Made by a program: the position numbers and the translations under genes. A stretch of DNA of 64,000 nucleotides from a virus (lineage: Duplodnaviria > Heunggongvirae > Uroviricota > Caudoviricetes): positions 96,001-160,000 of IMG/VR virus record IMGVR_UViG_3300032007_000003, one strand, 5' to 3'. The notes beneath the pieces were generated by a model, which did no database searches, was not told where the DNA came from, and worked only from the letters and a program-made list of their open reading frames with translations. Positions 40,151 through 50,637 of this stretch are shown here, in pieces (within the stretch, counting starts at the first letter, position 1; each line of letters starts with the position of its first letter).

Positions 40151-41575
40151 ATGAGAAGAGTTGCATCATCAAGTGAATTTTTTGATATATTGGATAAGAT
40201 TGGTAATGGAAAGTTCGTTACCATCGGTTATGTGACTGGAGCAAACTTAGATGTTCCAACTGTCAGTAGAAGAAATCCAGCTACTAATAGAATGAAGAAG
40301 TATCCAGATTATACTGTATTTGGCGGTGAAGAAGAAATTGGAGCTTTAGTTAAGATTACTAGTTATAACATGAGGTATCTTAACAGAACCACCGTTGGTC
40401 AAAAATATGGTAAATTCAAAGCCTCAGCTAATGATATCAGAATCAATTTTGGTATTGACCCAATAGCTGATAAGGTTGGTTACAAACAAGGTACGAATTG
40501 GAGTCCAAATGGTCCAGAAATCTATAATGGTCAAAATGCGGATTTGCAATCTCATTCTTATAATCCTCAAAACATATTTGGAGTTAAGCCAAAAGGTGTT
40601 GTTTATGCAATTAACAAGGAGGGTCATATTATTAAGGAGCTTTCTCCTGAACAAGTTAGACCTTATCTTAAAGCAAAACGTGAAATTGATGGAGTTGCCG
40701 CATTGAGAAAAATGGGTGCAGAAGAGGATAGAATTCAAGACTATATTAATCAGATTAACAATTTGAAGTTTAAGTATATCAATTTTGAGTCGAATTCAAT
40801 TCTTTGGATTGCTGCAACAATTAATGGCGAAAAGATAGTTTACATTAACGATAACTTATATAGAGCAGTTGATGGTATTGATATAAATCCACAAGATTTC
40901 AGAGCAATTGCAAGAGAAAGATATCAAATAGATTTGAATGATTTACAAGAAATGACTAAGAAAACTATGGGTAAAAACATATTAAGACTAACTGAGACTG
41001 ATTTGCATAGAATGGTTATAGAGTCAGCAAAAAGAGTACTAAAGGAAATGGGTAGATATGATTCTGACCTTGATGCTGATGAAATCTATGGTGATAGGGC
41101 TGATAGAGAATATAGACAATCTATGGCAGACAAACTACATCAAGAAGAATGGGAAATGAGAAATCTCAGACTAAGGCAGAAATATCCTGGGAAATCCCCT
41201 GAATGGTATGAGGCAATGATTGACACATTTTATGAGAGTAAAAAATCAAAGAAAACCATTAAGGAGGATTGGAAACAAGCACCTTGGGAACAAGCAGACC
41301 CAATAGAAGACCAAGGTGAATATGGTGTAGAATCTTTCAAGAACAATCAAAACTATTCTCACTTTGCAGTAAACAAGGCAACAAATAAGATAGTTAATGG
41401 TTGGGATTATAGTGAGTATGACCCAAGCGAATTGAGACAGTTTAAGAAAGACTATTTTGATGCCGATATGATTGATTATGGCTTTAATCCTAAAGATTAT
41501 AAAATTGTTACTAGTAAGTTCCTTATTCGCCAAGGGATTAACCCAGATGATAATAACAATTGGGCAAACAGTTAA
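40151..41575 (+). CDS. Multi-module late protein with internal tag
   Basis: 'KNILRLTETDLHRMVIESAKRVLKEM' separates N- and C-terminal modules. Confidence 0.65.
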   Translation: MRRVASSSEFFDILDKIGNGKFVTIGYVTGANLDVPTVSRRNPATNRMKKYPDYTVFGGEEEIGALVKITSYNMRYLNRTTVGQKYGKFKASANDIRINFGIDPIADKVGYKQGTNWSPNGPEIYNGQNADLQSHSYNPQNIFGVKPKGVVYAINKEGHIIKELSPEQVRPYLKAKREIDGVAALRKMGAEEDRIQDYINQINNLKFKYINFESNSILWIAATINGEKIVYINDNLYRAVDGIDINPQDFRAIARERYQIDLNDLQEMTKKTMGKNILRLTETDLHRMVIESAKRVLKEMGRYDSDLDADEIYGDRADREYRQSMADKLHQEEWEMRNLRLRQKYPGKSPEWYEAMIDTFYESKKSKKTIKEDWKQAPWEQADPIEDQGEYGVESFKNNQNYSHFAVNKATNKIVNGWDYSEYDPSELRQFKKDYFDADMIDYGFNPKDYKIVTSKFLIRQGINPDDNNNWANS

Positions 41576-41577
41576 AT

Positions 41578-43092
41578 ATGAAAAAAAACATTGTTATAAT
41601 ACATTATAATACTCCTTTCCTTACTGAATGTTTGGTTAGGAGTATTAATTTATTTGTCAAAGATGCAATTATCTATATTCTAGATAACAGTGATGACCAA
41701 CCATTTACTGCTGATTTTGACAATGTTTTGCTTATTGATAATACAAAGGGAGAAATAATTGATTTTGATGCATTATTGAAAAAGTATCCAAATAAGAATA
41801 AATCTCATGGTAAGGTTAATGGTTGGGGAAGTGCCAAACATTGTTATAGTGTAGAAAAATGTATGGAAATTATTAAGGATAACTTTATTTTATTGGATTC
41901 TGATGTATTATTAAAAAAAGACATATCTGATTTATTCGATGAGAACAACATTTATGCTGGAGAAATAATCACACAGCCTTCTAGTTCTATAAAAAGGGTT
42001 TTACCATTTATAACCTATATAAATACAAAGATGTGTTTAGAAAACAATGTACATTACTTCGATGATAATTACATGCACGGATTATATAAGAGTAGTGAAG
42101 CTGATAAATATGACACTGGTGCTGCACTATTTATAAATGCTTCAAAACATAAACACAAAGATATAAAGTATAGTGATTATGTTCTGCATTATGGTCATGG
42201 CTCATGGAATAAAAAAGGTTTTAAACCAGTATGTACTCCAAATGAATGGTTGAATATACATAAAAAGCTTTGGTCAAGTGATAGAAATAAAAGAGTAATA
42301 TATACGTGTATAACTGGAGGGTATGATACAATAATAAATCCTACAGTGATTACTAAAGGTTTTGATTATGTTTGCTTTACTGACAACATAAAGATGGAAA
42401 GCAGTGTTTGGGACATAAGACCATTACCAAAAGAAACTGATGGTTTATCACAAGTTAAAAAACAGAGGTATGTTAAGATTAACCCACATTTGCTATTAAA
42501 TGATTATGATATTTCAATATGGGTCGATGGAAATGTTACAATTAAGAACGATTTAAATGAATTTGTTGATAAATATCTAATGGACAAATATTCGATATAT
42601 GTACCGAAGCACCCATCTAGAACTTGCATATATTCTGAATCAAATGTTGTGGTTGCAATGAAAAAAGACACTAAAGAAAACGTAACACCTCAAATTGAAA
42701 GATATAAGAAAGAAGGTTTTCCAAAAGATTATGGGTTGTTACAAAGTAATATAATGCTCAGAAAACATAATGAAAAAGATTGTATAAGATTTATGGAACA
42801 ATGGTTTGAAGAACTTAAGAATGGTTCTCACAGAGACCAATTATCTTTCAATTATGTAGCATGGAAAAATAATGATATTAAGGTTTTCTATCTCGATAAG
42901 ACAATATATAAGTCAAAATGGTTCAATTGGGGAGGTGGACACAAGAAATTTACTAAGACATCTTTAAAAACACCTTTAAATGCAGTGAAACCATTAAAGA
43001 ATAAAAAATCAAACGATGAGCTTAAAAAGAATTTTAAAGCCATCATTGAAAATAGAAATAGAATACCAACTTATAAAGTTAATATGTATTAA
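41578..43092 (+). CDS. Two-domain glycosyltransferase (GT-A plus DUF616/TOD1-MUCI70-like)
   Basis: 'ILLDSDV'; then 'VIYTCITGGYD', 'CFTD', 'SIWVDGN', 'HP.R.CIY.E', 'RDQLSFNYV.W'. Confidence 0.8.
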   Translation: MKKNIVIIHYNTPFLTECLVRSINLFVKDAIIYILDNSDDQPFTADFDNVLLIDNTKGEIIDFDALLKKYPNKNKSHGKVNGWGSAKHCYSVEKCMEIIKDNFILLDSDVLLKKDISDLFDENNIYAGEIITQPSSSIKRVLPFITYINTKMCLENNVHYFDDNYMHGLYKSSEADKYDTGAALFINASKHKHKDIKYSDYVLHYGHGSWNKKGFKPVCTPNEWLNIHKKLWSSDRNKRVIYTCITGGYDTIINPTVITKGFDYVCFTDNIKMESSVWDIRPLPKETDGLSQVKKQRYVKINPHLLLNDYDISIWVDGNVTIKNDLNEFVDKYLMDKYSIYVPKHPSRTCIYSESNVVVAMKKDTKENVTPQIERYKKEGFPKDYGLLQSNIMLRKHNEKDCIRFMEQWFEELKNGSHRDQLSFNYVAWKNNDIKVFYLDKTIYKSKWFNWGGGHKKFTKTSLKTPLNAVKPLKNKKSNDELKKNFKAIIENRNRIPTYKVNMY

Positions 43093-43096
43093 TGTT

Positions 43097-43426
43097 ATGA
43101 TTACAGTTAAGAATTTAATGACAATAGAGAGAATTCTATTGGAAATTTACACAAAACATAAGTTTGAACTAGAATTTAATTCAGCTTTTAAGTTATACAA
43201 CCATCTTAGAATTATTGGTAGAATAACAAATTATTCTTTCCAAATACAAGATGAATTCATTCAATCAACCTCAGACAAGGAAAAAATGAAAGATTTCCAC
43301 GAAAAGGTGTTGAATGGAGAGGTTGAATATGATTGGGTTAATGCTGCGTCATTTATTGGTGAACTTATGGAGGAACTTAAGAATGAAGATGTTAATGAAA
43401 TGGTTAACAAACTGAAGTTTTGGTAA
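43097..43426 (+). CDS. Hypothetical protein
   Basis: ATG at 43097, just after the upstream stop. Confidence 0.55.
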   Translation: MITVKNLMTIERILLEIYTKHKFELEFNSAFKLYNHLRIIGRITNYSFQIQDEFIQSTSDKEKMKDFHEKVLNGEVEYDWVNAASFIGELMEELKNEDVNEMVNKLKFW

Positions 43427-43451
43427 ATAAATGTTAAAATTGGATTGATTA

Positions 43452-43484
43452 TTTGGTCAGTTCAATTTTTTTTCGTACCTTTAC
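43452..43484 (+). promoter_or_regulatory. Bacteroidota-type promoter overlapping a hairpin
   Basis: TTTG-N20-TACCTTTAC. Confidence 0.7.
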
Positions 43485-43509
43485 AGCAAAATTTCAAAAG
43501 TTAATCAAT

Positions 43510-43905
43510 ATGAGTGCAACATTAATTACATTTATCATTATTGCATGTATTGCAGCAGTAGTGATTATCAATCGTATCTTCATCAAGGAAGAGGAACTGA
43601 TTAAAAAGGCAGAGAAGAATTGGTTCTATCACACTCTCGCAAAAATGACTTGTCCCAAGTATAATGGGTACTACATGAACATTTCGGAGATACTTAGCGA
43701 GGAGAGGTTTTTAGAACCATCTGAGTATGAAACACATTCGGTTGGCAGTTATCTCAAGATGCGCAAGGAACTGAAGGGTATTCTTGCTACCGCTGGGAAT
43801 TTTCATGGCTACAAGCTGAATTTCAACTTTGGTGAGATTAGCACTGGACTTGCTGTAATGGTTTTGTTTGGTATTGTCGTAACATTAGGTGTGATTTATG
43901 GATAG
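43510..43905 (+). CDS. Hypothetical membrane protein (2 TM)
   Basis: Hydrophobic N- and C-termini. Confidence 0.6.
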   Translation: MSATLITFIIIACIAAVVIINRIFIKEEELIKKAEKNWFYHTLAKMTCPKYNGYYMNISEILSEERFLEPSEYETHSVGSYLKMRKELKGILATAGNFHGYKLNFNFGEISTGLAVMVLFGIVVTLGVIYG

Positions 43906-44254
43906 AGAGGAAGAAATTCTTAGCCTTATTGAGAAGAAAAAGGAATTACTCAAGAAGACGGAAAATGAACTCCGTTCACTTGATTTTGAACTCCATGAAA
44001 TAGAGAAGGAGAAAGTCTTAAAGAAATTTAGCATTGGTGATATTATCATGCATCGTGAAAAGTATCTTTTCAGACTTGATGAAGTTCAAGTGTGCGGTGG
44101 TTTTGCTGCAAGTAAACAGTTGATACTAGTTAACTTTGAAGGTGGTAGTAAATATGACATACCGCAACCTATTTGTAGACTCTGGACTTTATTAGAGTTT
44201 GGTAGACTTGCTAATAGTGAGGAAATTGAACGTTTTAAAAAAGAGTTTGAATAA
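43898..44254 (+). CDS. Hypothetical protein
   Basis: ORF. Confidence 0.6.
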   Translation: MDREEEILSLIEKKKELLKKTENELRSLDFELHEIEKEKVLKKFSIGDIIMHREKYLFRLDEVQVCGGFAASKQLILVNFEGGSKYDIPQPICRLWTLLEFGRLANSEEIERFKKEFE

Positions 44255-44262
44255 GTAACGAT

Positions 44263-44301
44263 AAAAAAGCGAGATTCTTTCGAGTCTCGCTTTCTTTTTT
44301 T
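44263..44301. terminator. Bidirectional terminator
   Basis: AAAGCGAGATTC-TTTC-GAGTCTCGCTTT. Confidence 0.8.
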
Positions 44302-44302
44302 G

Positions 44303-45076
44303 TTAAACATCAATATAAGTCGTTCTTTTATCTTCTTTATCCCAATATCTGATTATATAGTTGATGATTTTTGTTGTATCGTTTATGTTTTCTGCCTCGC
44401 ATACAATTTCACTTGAGAATGATAATTCCCCAAATCGTTTCTTATTCATAAATCCCAACACAGCAACGTAGGCATCACAAGCATCAAAGTTTTCCTTCTT
44501 AAGTTCACCGTTCCTATTGTAAAGCCACTCAATATCAGGGAAAACATCTGCCACCTTGCCTTGGATAACAGTTTTCTTATCGATAGTCCAAGGATAACCA
44601 CCAAACAATACTAGTTTACAATCCTTAATTTCCTTATGAATCTTTGAGAATTCATATTGTTTTTCATCCTTACCATATTTTCTTATTGACATAAGTTCTG
44701 GAAATGAATACTCTCTAGCATCGTATGATGATATGTAGTTTGGAACAATGCCTAGAATGTTATAAACGCAGTCTGAGACCATTCCATTGAAGCGTAGAAG
44801 GGTTGATACAGTTAAAACATTGTTACTTCTCATTAATGGCTCTTCAATTATAACTTCATCGACACCAAAGTCTTTATATTTTAGAACAAATTCTTCAAAT
44901 ATCTTTTTTTTCAAAAATAGTTGTTCTATTCCCTTTATTTTACTTGAAACTTTAGGACTGATGTGGGTAAGTTCAATTACTTTACCATATTCAGAGCCAT
45001 CATCTTCAAGTAGACATATACCAATACACTGGGTGGATATATCAAGACCCATTAAAATTGGATGATTGTTTCTCAT
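44303..45076 (-). CDS. RuvC-like Holliday junction resolvase
   Basis: 'LMGLDISTQCIG', 'VIIEEP', 'DACDAY'. Confidence 0.8.
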   Translation of the reverse strand: MRNNHPILMGLDISTQCIGICLLEDDGSEYGKVIELTHISPKVSSKIKGIEQLFLKKKIFEEFVLKYKDFGVDEVIIEEPLMRSNNVLTVSTLLRFNGMVSDCVYNILGIVPNYISSYDAREYSFPELMSIRKYGKDEKQYEFSKIHKEIKDCKLVLFGGYPWTIDKKTVIQGKVADVFPDIEWLYNRNGELKKENFDACDAYVAVLGFMNKKRFGELSFSSEIVCEAENINDTTKIINYIIRYWDKEDKRTTYIDV

Positions 45077-46004
45077 TTATAATTTCTTTTAATAACTCTT
45101 CTTTATTTTCGTAAACTTTGTAAGGATATTTAATTTCTAAATTACTATAGTAAAGTAGTTTAATATTGTTATTCTCACAAAGATTTAATTTTCTATTATC
45201 TCGTTTAACAGTTTCAATGTATTTCTTAGTACCACCAAAAAACTTAATTTCTTTAAAATGTTCTATCCCTTGGCATTCAATTGCTATGTTATATTCAGGC
45301 AGATAAAAGTCTAAACTTAATCTTTTTAGCCAAGGAAAGTCTTTTTTATTTGCTTGATGAATATATTCTATTTTATTATCATCTAACAACTTAATTATTT
45401 CTAATTCTAATTTACTACAAGAACATTTAGGACATCCGTGATTTAAAAGATGTACGTTTGGTTTTTGCCAAAATTCACCATGTTTAGGACAAATTATGCA
45501 AACTTCTGTGTGATTATTAATGTAATCTACTTTAGAATAATCATATTTATTACCATGAATTTTTTCTGCTATTGATATGAAATATTCATTATTTTTCCTT
45601 TTTACAATACTATTATTTTCATTTGCGCACTTTGGACATCCTTGTCCAGTTGAGTGATTTATGCAAGCTTGCATAAATGTTCCGTGTATTGGACATACTA
45701 TATTTAGTTTTGTATTTGAAGTAAGTTTTTTAGTGCTATCTATACTGTAGATATACTTTTCTCCGTGTGTTCTTTTAAATTTATCAAGCCACTCCTCATT
45801 ACTGTGTAAAACTCCACCATTACATTTTGTACACCCTCTACCTTTTGTGTGGTCTTGAGGTGCTTGCCAAAATTCGCCATGAATGGGGCATACAATACAC
45901 ACCTTAGTTTTGTTATTTATATAATCTACTTTTGAGTAGTCGTATTTACCATTATGAACTTTAGTAGATTCTTCTATAAACTCTTCTTTTGTTTTCTTCT
46001 TCAT
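45042..46004 (-). mobile_element. Free-standing homing endonuclease (3 zinc-ribbon units plus PD-(D/E)XK)
   Basis: 'CPIHGEFWQ', 'GCPKC', 'LDFYLPEYNIAIECQG.EH'. Confidence 0.82.
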
Positions 46005-46077
46005 AGTGAAAAATAATAAATAATATATTAAAATAATAATATAATATATTACATTATTAAAGATTTTTTAATAAAAA

Positions 46078-46109
46078 TTTGTTTTTTTAACTTTTTTTAT
46101 ATATCTTTG
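46078..46109 (+). promoter_or_regulatory. Bacteroidota-type promoter
   Basis: TTTG-N20-TATCTTTG. Confidence 0.78.
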
Positions 46110-46126
46110 CATTAAAGACTAATTTA

Positions 46127-46474
46127 ATGAGCAGATTATATATAAATCCTACACTAGAGAAACAAATTCGTCAATATTGTCAACTCAATGATATTGAGGA
46201 TATTAACGCTTTTGCTAACAGGTGTGTAAATCAAGGATTCAATATTATCAAGTTTGGTACTTCACCAAAGGATAATTTTGAGAGAGAAACTAAAGGAATA
46301 AAAGACATCAAGAAGACTAATGGAAAAAAAGAAGTTGACATTAAAAAAGTGGAAGAACAACCCACAATTGAAAGAGAAGAATCAACCGCAGTTAAAAAAG
46401 AAGAAAGCAAACCAACTGAAGAAAGAAAAGAAGGGATAATAGTTCGAAAAATTCAAATTATTAAAAAGAAATGA
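46127..46474 (+). CDS. Hypothetical protein (possible ribbon-helix-helix N-terminus)
   Basis: 'RLYINPTLEKQIRQYC...INAFANRCV'. Confidence 0.5.
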   Translation: MSRLYINPTLEKQIRQYCQLNDIEDINAFANRCVNQGFNIIKFGTSPKDNFERETKGIKDIKKTNGKKEVDIKKVEEQPTIEREESTAVKKEESKPTEERKEGIIVRKIQIIKKK

Positions 46475-48840
46475 TAGATGTAAAAAGTAAGGGTAGAATC
46501 AATGTACATTGGAATGTATCACCTTATGACTATAATAAGGAAAAGGAGAAATCAATAATTGCAAAGTTCAGTAAAAAATACAGTTTACCAAAGGAAAGAA
46601 TTAAGGTAATACCAGAATTTTTAATGGTTGATGATGAAGGTAAAGAGATTTCTCTCAATGCTGATGTGATACAGAATGTTCAAGACCCACAATTTCAAAT
46701 TAAGCTATTCGAATCGTATCTTAAGACAAAGAATATTGCAAATTATGACTTTGACCTAATAAAGAAGATAGATGCAGATATTAATGGAAAAATCGATTAT
46801 CAAGTATACGACAAGTACAGAAGGTATTCTATCAAATGGATACGCTGGAGTAACTTCCTAAGTTATGGCTCTGATAATTATTTTGATTTTACAAACATTC
46901 ATGGATTAACATCATTAAGTGGTGAAAATCAGAGTGGTAAAACAACATTATCAATTGACTTGATTCATTTCTTGCTGTTTGGTAAGACTGAAAAGGTTGC
47001 AACTCAAGATAAAATATTTAACAAACACTTACCAAAAGAAACAAATGTTATTGTTGAAGGATGTATAACTATTGATGGTGTGGATTATGTTATTAAGAGG
47101 ACATTATCAAGACCATCATTGGATAGAAGAAGTGATAAGAGTAAGACAACTCAGAAGGTTGAATATTATAAGATTATAGGTGATTCCAAGGAGGAACTTG
47201 AAGATTATGATGTAGAGAATCAACAAGAGGAAAATGGTGTTCAAACCAACAAAGCCATTAAGGATGCAATTGGTATTGAAAGTGACTTTGATTTGATTAT
47301 GTCGGTTACAGAGTCAACTCTAGATGACCTTGTGAATAAGAAAGAGGCTGATAGAGGAAGACTTTTATCAAGATGGATAGGATTGTTACCACTTGAAGAA
47401 AAAGACAAGCTAGCAAGGGAAAAATTCAATTCTGAAATCAAACCAATGTTGTTATCCAATAGGTATAACGAGGAAACAATGCTTCAAGAGATTGAGGCAT
47501 TTGAGTTACAGAAAAAGACTTTGACTGAGGAAATAGAGAAATTAAATAAAGAAAATAAAGCCTTAGATAAAGAAATAACAACTTTAGAAAAGAATAAGGA
47601 AACATTATTAGCTTCAAAGTCTATAATTGACAATAGCATTCTTAAGATTGATGTTACTACATTAAATAAAAAGATAGAAGATAGTATATTTAATGGTAAG
47701 AAAAAGAAAGAAGAAATTGAAGATATTAGTAAGGAACTCAGTAGAATTGGAGATATTGAATTCTCTGTTGAGGAATATGACACTACTCAAGCAGAACTGA
47801 CAAAACTTACTGGTGAAATTGCTGTTATGAGGGAAAGGTATAAGAATACCGAGCATAATATACAGCATCTTAAATCAAGCGAGATTTGTCCTACTTGTGG
47901 AAGAAAATTAGAAAATGTAGACAATTCAGCAAAGATAAACGAATTTACAAAGGAACTTGAGAAACTTGCTATTGACGGTAAGAAAAAAAGTGAATTAAAG
48001 GTGAAGTTAACAACTAAGATTGAACAACTCAAGGCTGATAGGGAAAAATACAATAGAAAATCGAATCTGACTGTTAAGAAAGCAGCATTGGAAGTTAATG
48101 TTGAAAAGTTACGTGCAGAGTATCAAGAATACAAGGCAACGAAAACAGAATATGATAAAAATAGCGAAGCAATTGATAAAAATAACGCAATAGATATTCA
48201 GATTCGTAATAATGATGTATTTATACGAGATAAGAGAAATACCAAAGATACCAATACAAATATAGTTACGAGGAATGAGACTGAGATAAAAAACTATAAT
48301 AGACAAGTAGAGGATAGAAGAGAGGTAATTAAGAAGTTACAAGAAGAGGAAAAACTTGTTAGAAACTGGAAGATTTATCTCGAACTTGTTGGTAAGGATG
48401 GTATTTCAAAGATGGTTCTAAGAAAGACATTACCAATAATCAACGCAAAGTTATCTAAGTTATTGAATGATGTATGTGACTTTGATGTTGAGGTAGCAAT
48501 AAACCAGAAGAATGATGTGATGTTCTATCTAATTAAGGATGGTGTCTATTCAGACTTGAGTAGTGGTAGTGGATTTGAGCTTACAGCTAGTGGCATTGCA
48601 TTAAGAACTGTTCTTTCAGAACTTTCAACAATACCAGTTTCAAATATACTAACATATGATGAGGTATGGGGACGTGTAGCGAAAGCTAATTATGAGAATA
48701 TGAAGAATCTTATTGAGAAGGTTGCAAAACAATATGAGGCAGTTTTCTTGATAAGTCACTCAGACGAGGTACGTGATTGGTGTGATTGTCATGTATCTGT
48801 TGTAAAGGAAAATAACATTTCAAAGGTTGTTTTGAAATGA
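46471..48840 (+). CDS. SbcC/Rad50/gp46-like recombination ATPase
   Basis: 'NFLSYG', Walker A 'GENQSGKTT', zinc hook 'CPTCG', 'LSSGSGFE', 'YDEV', 'ISH'. Confidence 0.92.
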   Translation: MIDVKSKGRINVHWNVSPYDYNKEKEKSIIAKFSKKYSLPKERIKVIPEFLMVDDEGKEISLNADVIQNVQDPQFQIKLFESYLKTKNIANYDFDLIKKIDADINGKIDYQVYDKYRRYSIKWIRWSNFLSYGSDNYFDFTNIHGLTSLSGENQSGKTTLSIDLIHFLLFGKTEKVATQDKIFNKHLPKETNVIVEGCITIDGVDYVIKRTLSRPSLDRRSDKSKTTQKVEYYKIIGDSKEELEDYDVENQQEENGVQTNKAIKDAIGIESDFDLIMSVTESTLDDLVNKKEADRGRLLSRWIGLLPLEEKDKLAREKFNSEIKPMLLSNRYNEETMLQEIEAFELQKKTLTEEIEKLNKENKALDKEITTLEKNKETLLASKSIIDNSILKIDVTTLNKKIEDSIFNGKKKKEEIEDISKELSRIGDIEFSVEEYDTTQAELTKLTGEIAVMRERYKNTEHNIQHLKSSEICPTCGRKLENVDNSAKINEFTKELEKLAIDGKKKSELKVKLTTKIEQLKADREKYNRKSNLTVKKAALEVNVEKLRAEYQEYKATKTEYDKNSEAIDKNNAIDIQIRNNDVFIRDKRNTKDTNTNIVTRNETEIKNYNRQVEDRREVIKKLQEEEKLVRNWKIYLELVGKDGISKMVLRKTLPIINAKLSKLLNDVCDFDVEVAINQKNDVMFYLIKDGVYSDLSSGSGFELTASGIALRTVLSELSTIPVSNILTYDEVWGRVAKANYENMKNLIEKVAKQYEAVFLISHSDEVRDWCDCHVSVVKENNISKVVLK

Positions 48841-48857
48841 GTGTTTAACCAATCGAT

Positions 48858-49583
48858 ATGAATCAATATGTAAATGACTTTAATAGAACAACACAAGTCT
48901 ATTATAATGATTTAAAGAAATATAAACCATTAACAAAGGCTAAAGAAAAAAGATTGCTTAAATTATCAAGAAAGGGTAATTTGAAAGCGAAGAATGAATT
49001 ATTGGAAGCGAATTTAAAGTTTGTATTCGACATTGCTAAACATTATACTGGTCGTGGTCTTTCAATTTCAGAGTTAATTTCTGAGGGAAATATGGGATTA
49101 TTGAAAGCAGTTGAAAAGTTTGATGAAGAAAAGGACGTTAAGTTTATTTCTTATGCCGTATGGTGGATAAAACAAGGTATGTTGGAAGCCATAAAGAAAA
49201 AGCGATTAATTACATTAGTCGAAATTGACCCAACAGAGTCTAATGATAACATTTTTGAATGTAAGATAGCTGATTCCGAAGATGAAACAATGGGGGGTGT
49301 GAGTGATATTGGTTTCTCGAATGAATCTGAAGAACACAAGAAAGAGTTGAGTGCTAACCAAAGGGAAGTCATTGGAAAACTATTAAATTCCTTAAATTCA
49401 AGAGAAAAGGAGATTATTGAACATTATTATGGGCTTAGTAATAAGAGAGAATTAACATTAAATGAGATTGGTAAAAAATATAATCTCAGTTCTGAAAGAG
49501 TGAGACAAGTTAAATTAACAGCCATAAGAAAACTTCGTTCATCAATGATGATGTATGATGATATGGAAGAATTGTTAGGTTAA
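48858..49583 (+). CDS. RpoD/sigma-70-family sigma factor
   Basis: 'EANLKFVFDIAKHY.GRGL...ELISEGNMGLLKAVEKFD...KFISYAVWWIKQ'; region 4 'TLNEIG..YNLSSERVRQ'. Confidence 0.92.
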   Translation: MNQYVNDFNRTTQVYYNDLKKYKPLTKAKEKRLLKLSRKGNLKAKNELLEANLKFVFDIAKHYTGRGLSISELISEGNMGLLKAVEKFDEEKDVKFISYAVWWIKQGMLEAIKKKRLITLVEIDPTESNDNIFECKIADSEDETMGGVSDIGFSNESEEHKKELSANQREVIGKLLNSLNSREKEIIEHYYGLSNKRELTLNEIGKKYNLSSERVRQVKLTAIRKLRSSMMMYDDMEELLG

Positions 49584-49609
49584 TAATATTTATATATAAT
49601 AAAACAACT

Positions 49610-50032
49610 ATGGGAAAGAAAGAAACGTCAAAAAAAACAACTAAGAAAAAGACAACCAAGAAGAGTGTTATAAAAGAAGTTGCGGATAAGATAATTGAAT
49701 CACAAGAGGTTAAGATGGATTTGATTGAAGAAGACCCACCAATTGACCAAGAACTTTTAGAAGAAGTATTAAGTGTTGGTGGTGAAATCATTGAGAAGAA
49801 GGAACTTGAATATGAACCAACACAAGAAAAAATTGAAAAGACTATAGAGTTTATGAATGGAGACCCAAGTGTTATTATTCCTTCAAATGATATTCAACTT
49901 AAAAAGGCTGAAACAATTGAAGAGGCGGCATTCAAGGATACATTTAAGAATGTTAAAATAGAAAATAAGAGGAATAGCAGAATTGACAGAACATTTGGCT
50001 ATTCTTGGAACGGAACAGAAATAGATTATTAA
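49610..50032 (+). CDS. Hypothetical late protein
   Basis: ATATTTATA at 49586-49594. Confidence 0.6.
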   Translation: MGKKETSKKTTKKKTTKKSVIKEVADKIIESQEVKMDLIEEDPPIDQELLEEVLSVGGEIIEKKELEYEPTQEKIEKTIEFMNGDPSVIIPSNDIQLKKAETIEEAAFKDTFKNVKIENKRNSRIDRTFGYSWNGTEIDY

Positions 50033-50037
50033 TCAAA

Positions 50038-50613
50038 ATGAGCGAGAACAGTATGACAAGAAAAATGCTCGATACTTTGAGAAGAGGAAGAATTGAGCAA
50101 GCAAAATGGGCAGCAGAGCAGTTTGTTAATGAAGCAAAGGAAGAGGACAATTTCATTACAAGAGCTAAAATTTTAATGGAAGAGGCTATTGACGATAGTA
50201 AAAAAAAAATCTTAACTGAGGAAGAAGAGGTTGATGATAACCATAAGGATTCTTTCGAGATTAATAAGGGAACTCCACAATTCGGTGATGTAAGAGTATC
50301 ACAAGAGGAAGCTATCAGAAAAGCCATTAACAATAATGTACAATTCTCAGATAATGCTTTGAAGTACTATCCAAAAGCTGATGATATGACATTGGATGGC
50401 AAGATACCTTCATTAAATCTCGATTTTCAGTTTAGATATAATGACCCAAGTGGTGATGGTTGTTATGTTTGGACTGATGCAATGCAGCTTACAGATACCA
50501 ATGCAAGAACATTGGGAAAAATTAGGGATGCATTCTCAAATTGGAAGGATTCAATCACACAAGATGGAGACCTTATGGAGAAGTTAAAGAAAGCAGCAGA
50601 AAATAAAGATTAA
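50038..50613 (+). CDS. Hypothetical late protein
   Basis: ORF with 'ILTEE' motif. Confidence 0.6.
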   Translation: MSENSMTRKMLDTLRRGRIEQAKWAAEQFVNEAKEEDNFITRAKILMEEAIDDSKKKILTEEEEVDDNHKDSFEINKGTPQFGDVRVSQEEAIRKAINNNVQFSDNALKYYPKADDMTLDGKIPSLNLDFQFRYNDPSGDGCYVWTDAMQLTDTNARTLGKIRDAFSNWKDSITQDGDLMEKLKKAAENKD

Positions 50614-50637
50614 TAATTGTTAAAAATTGGATTGATG

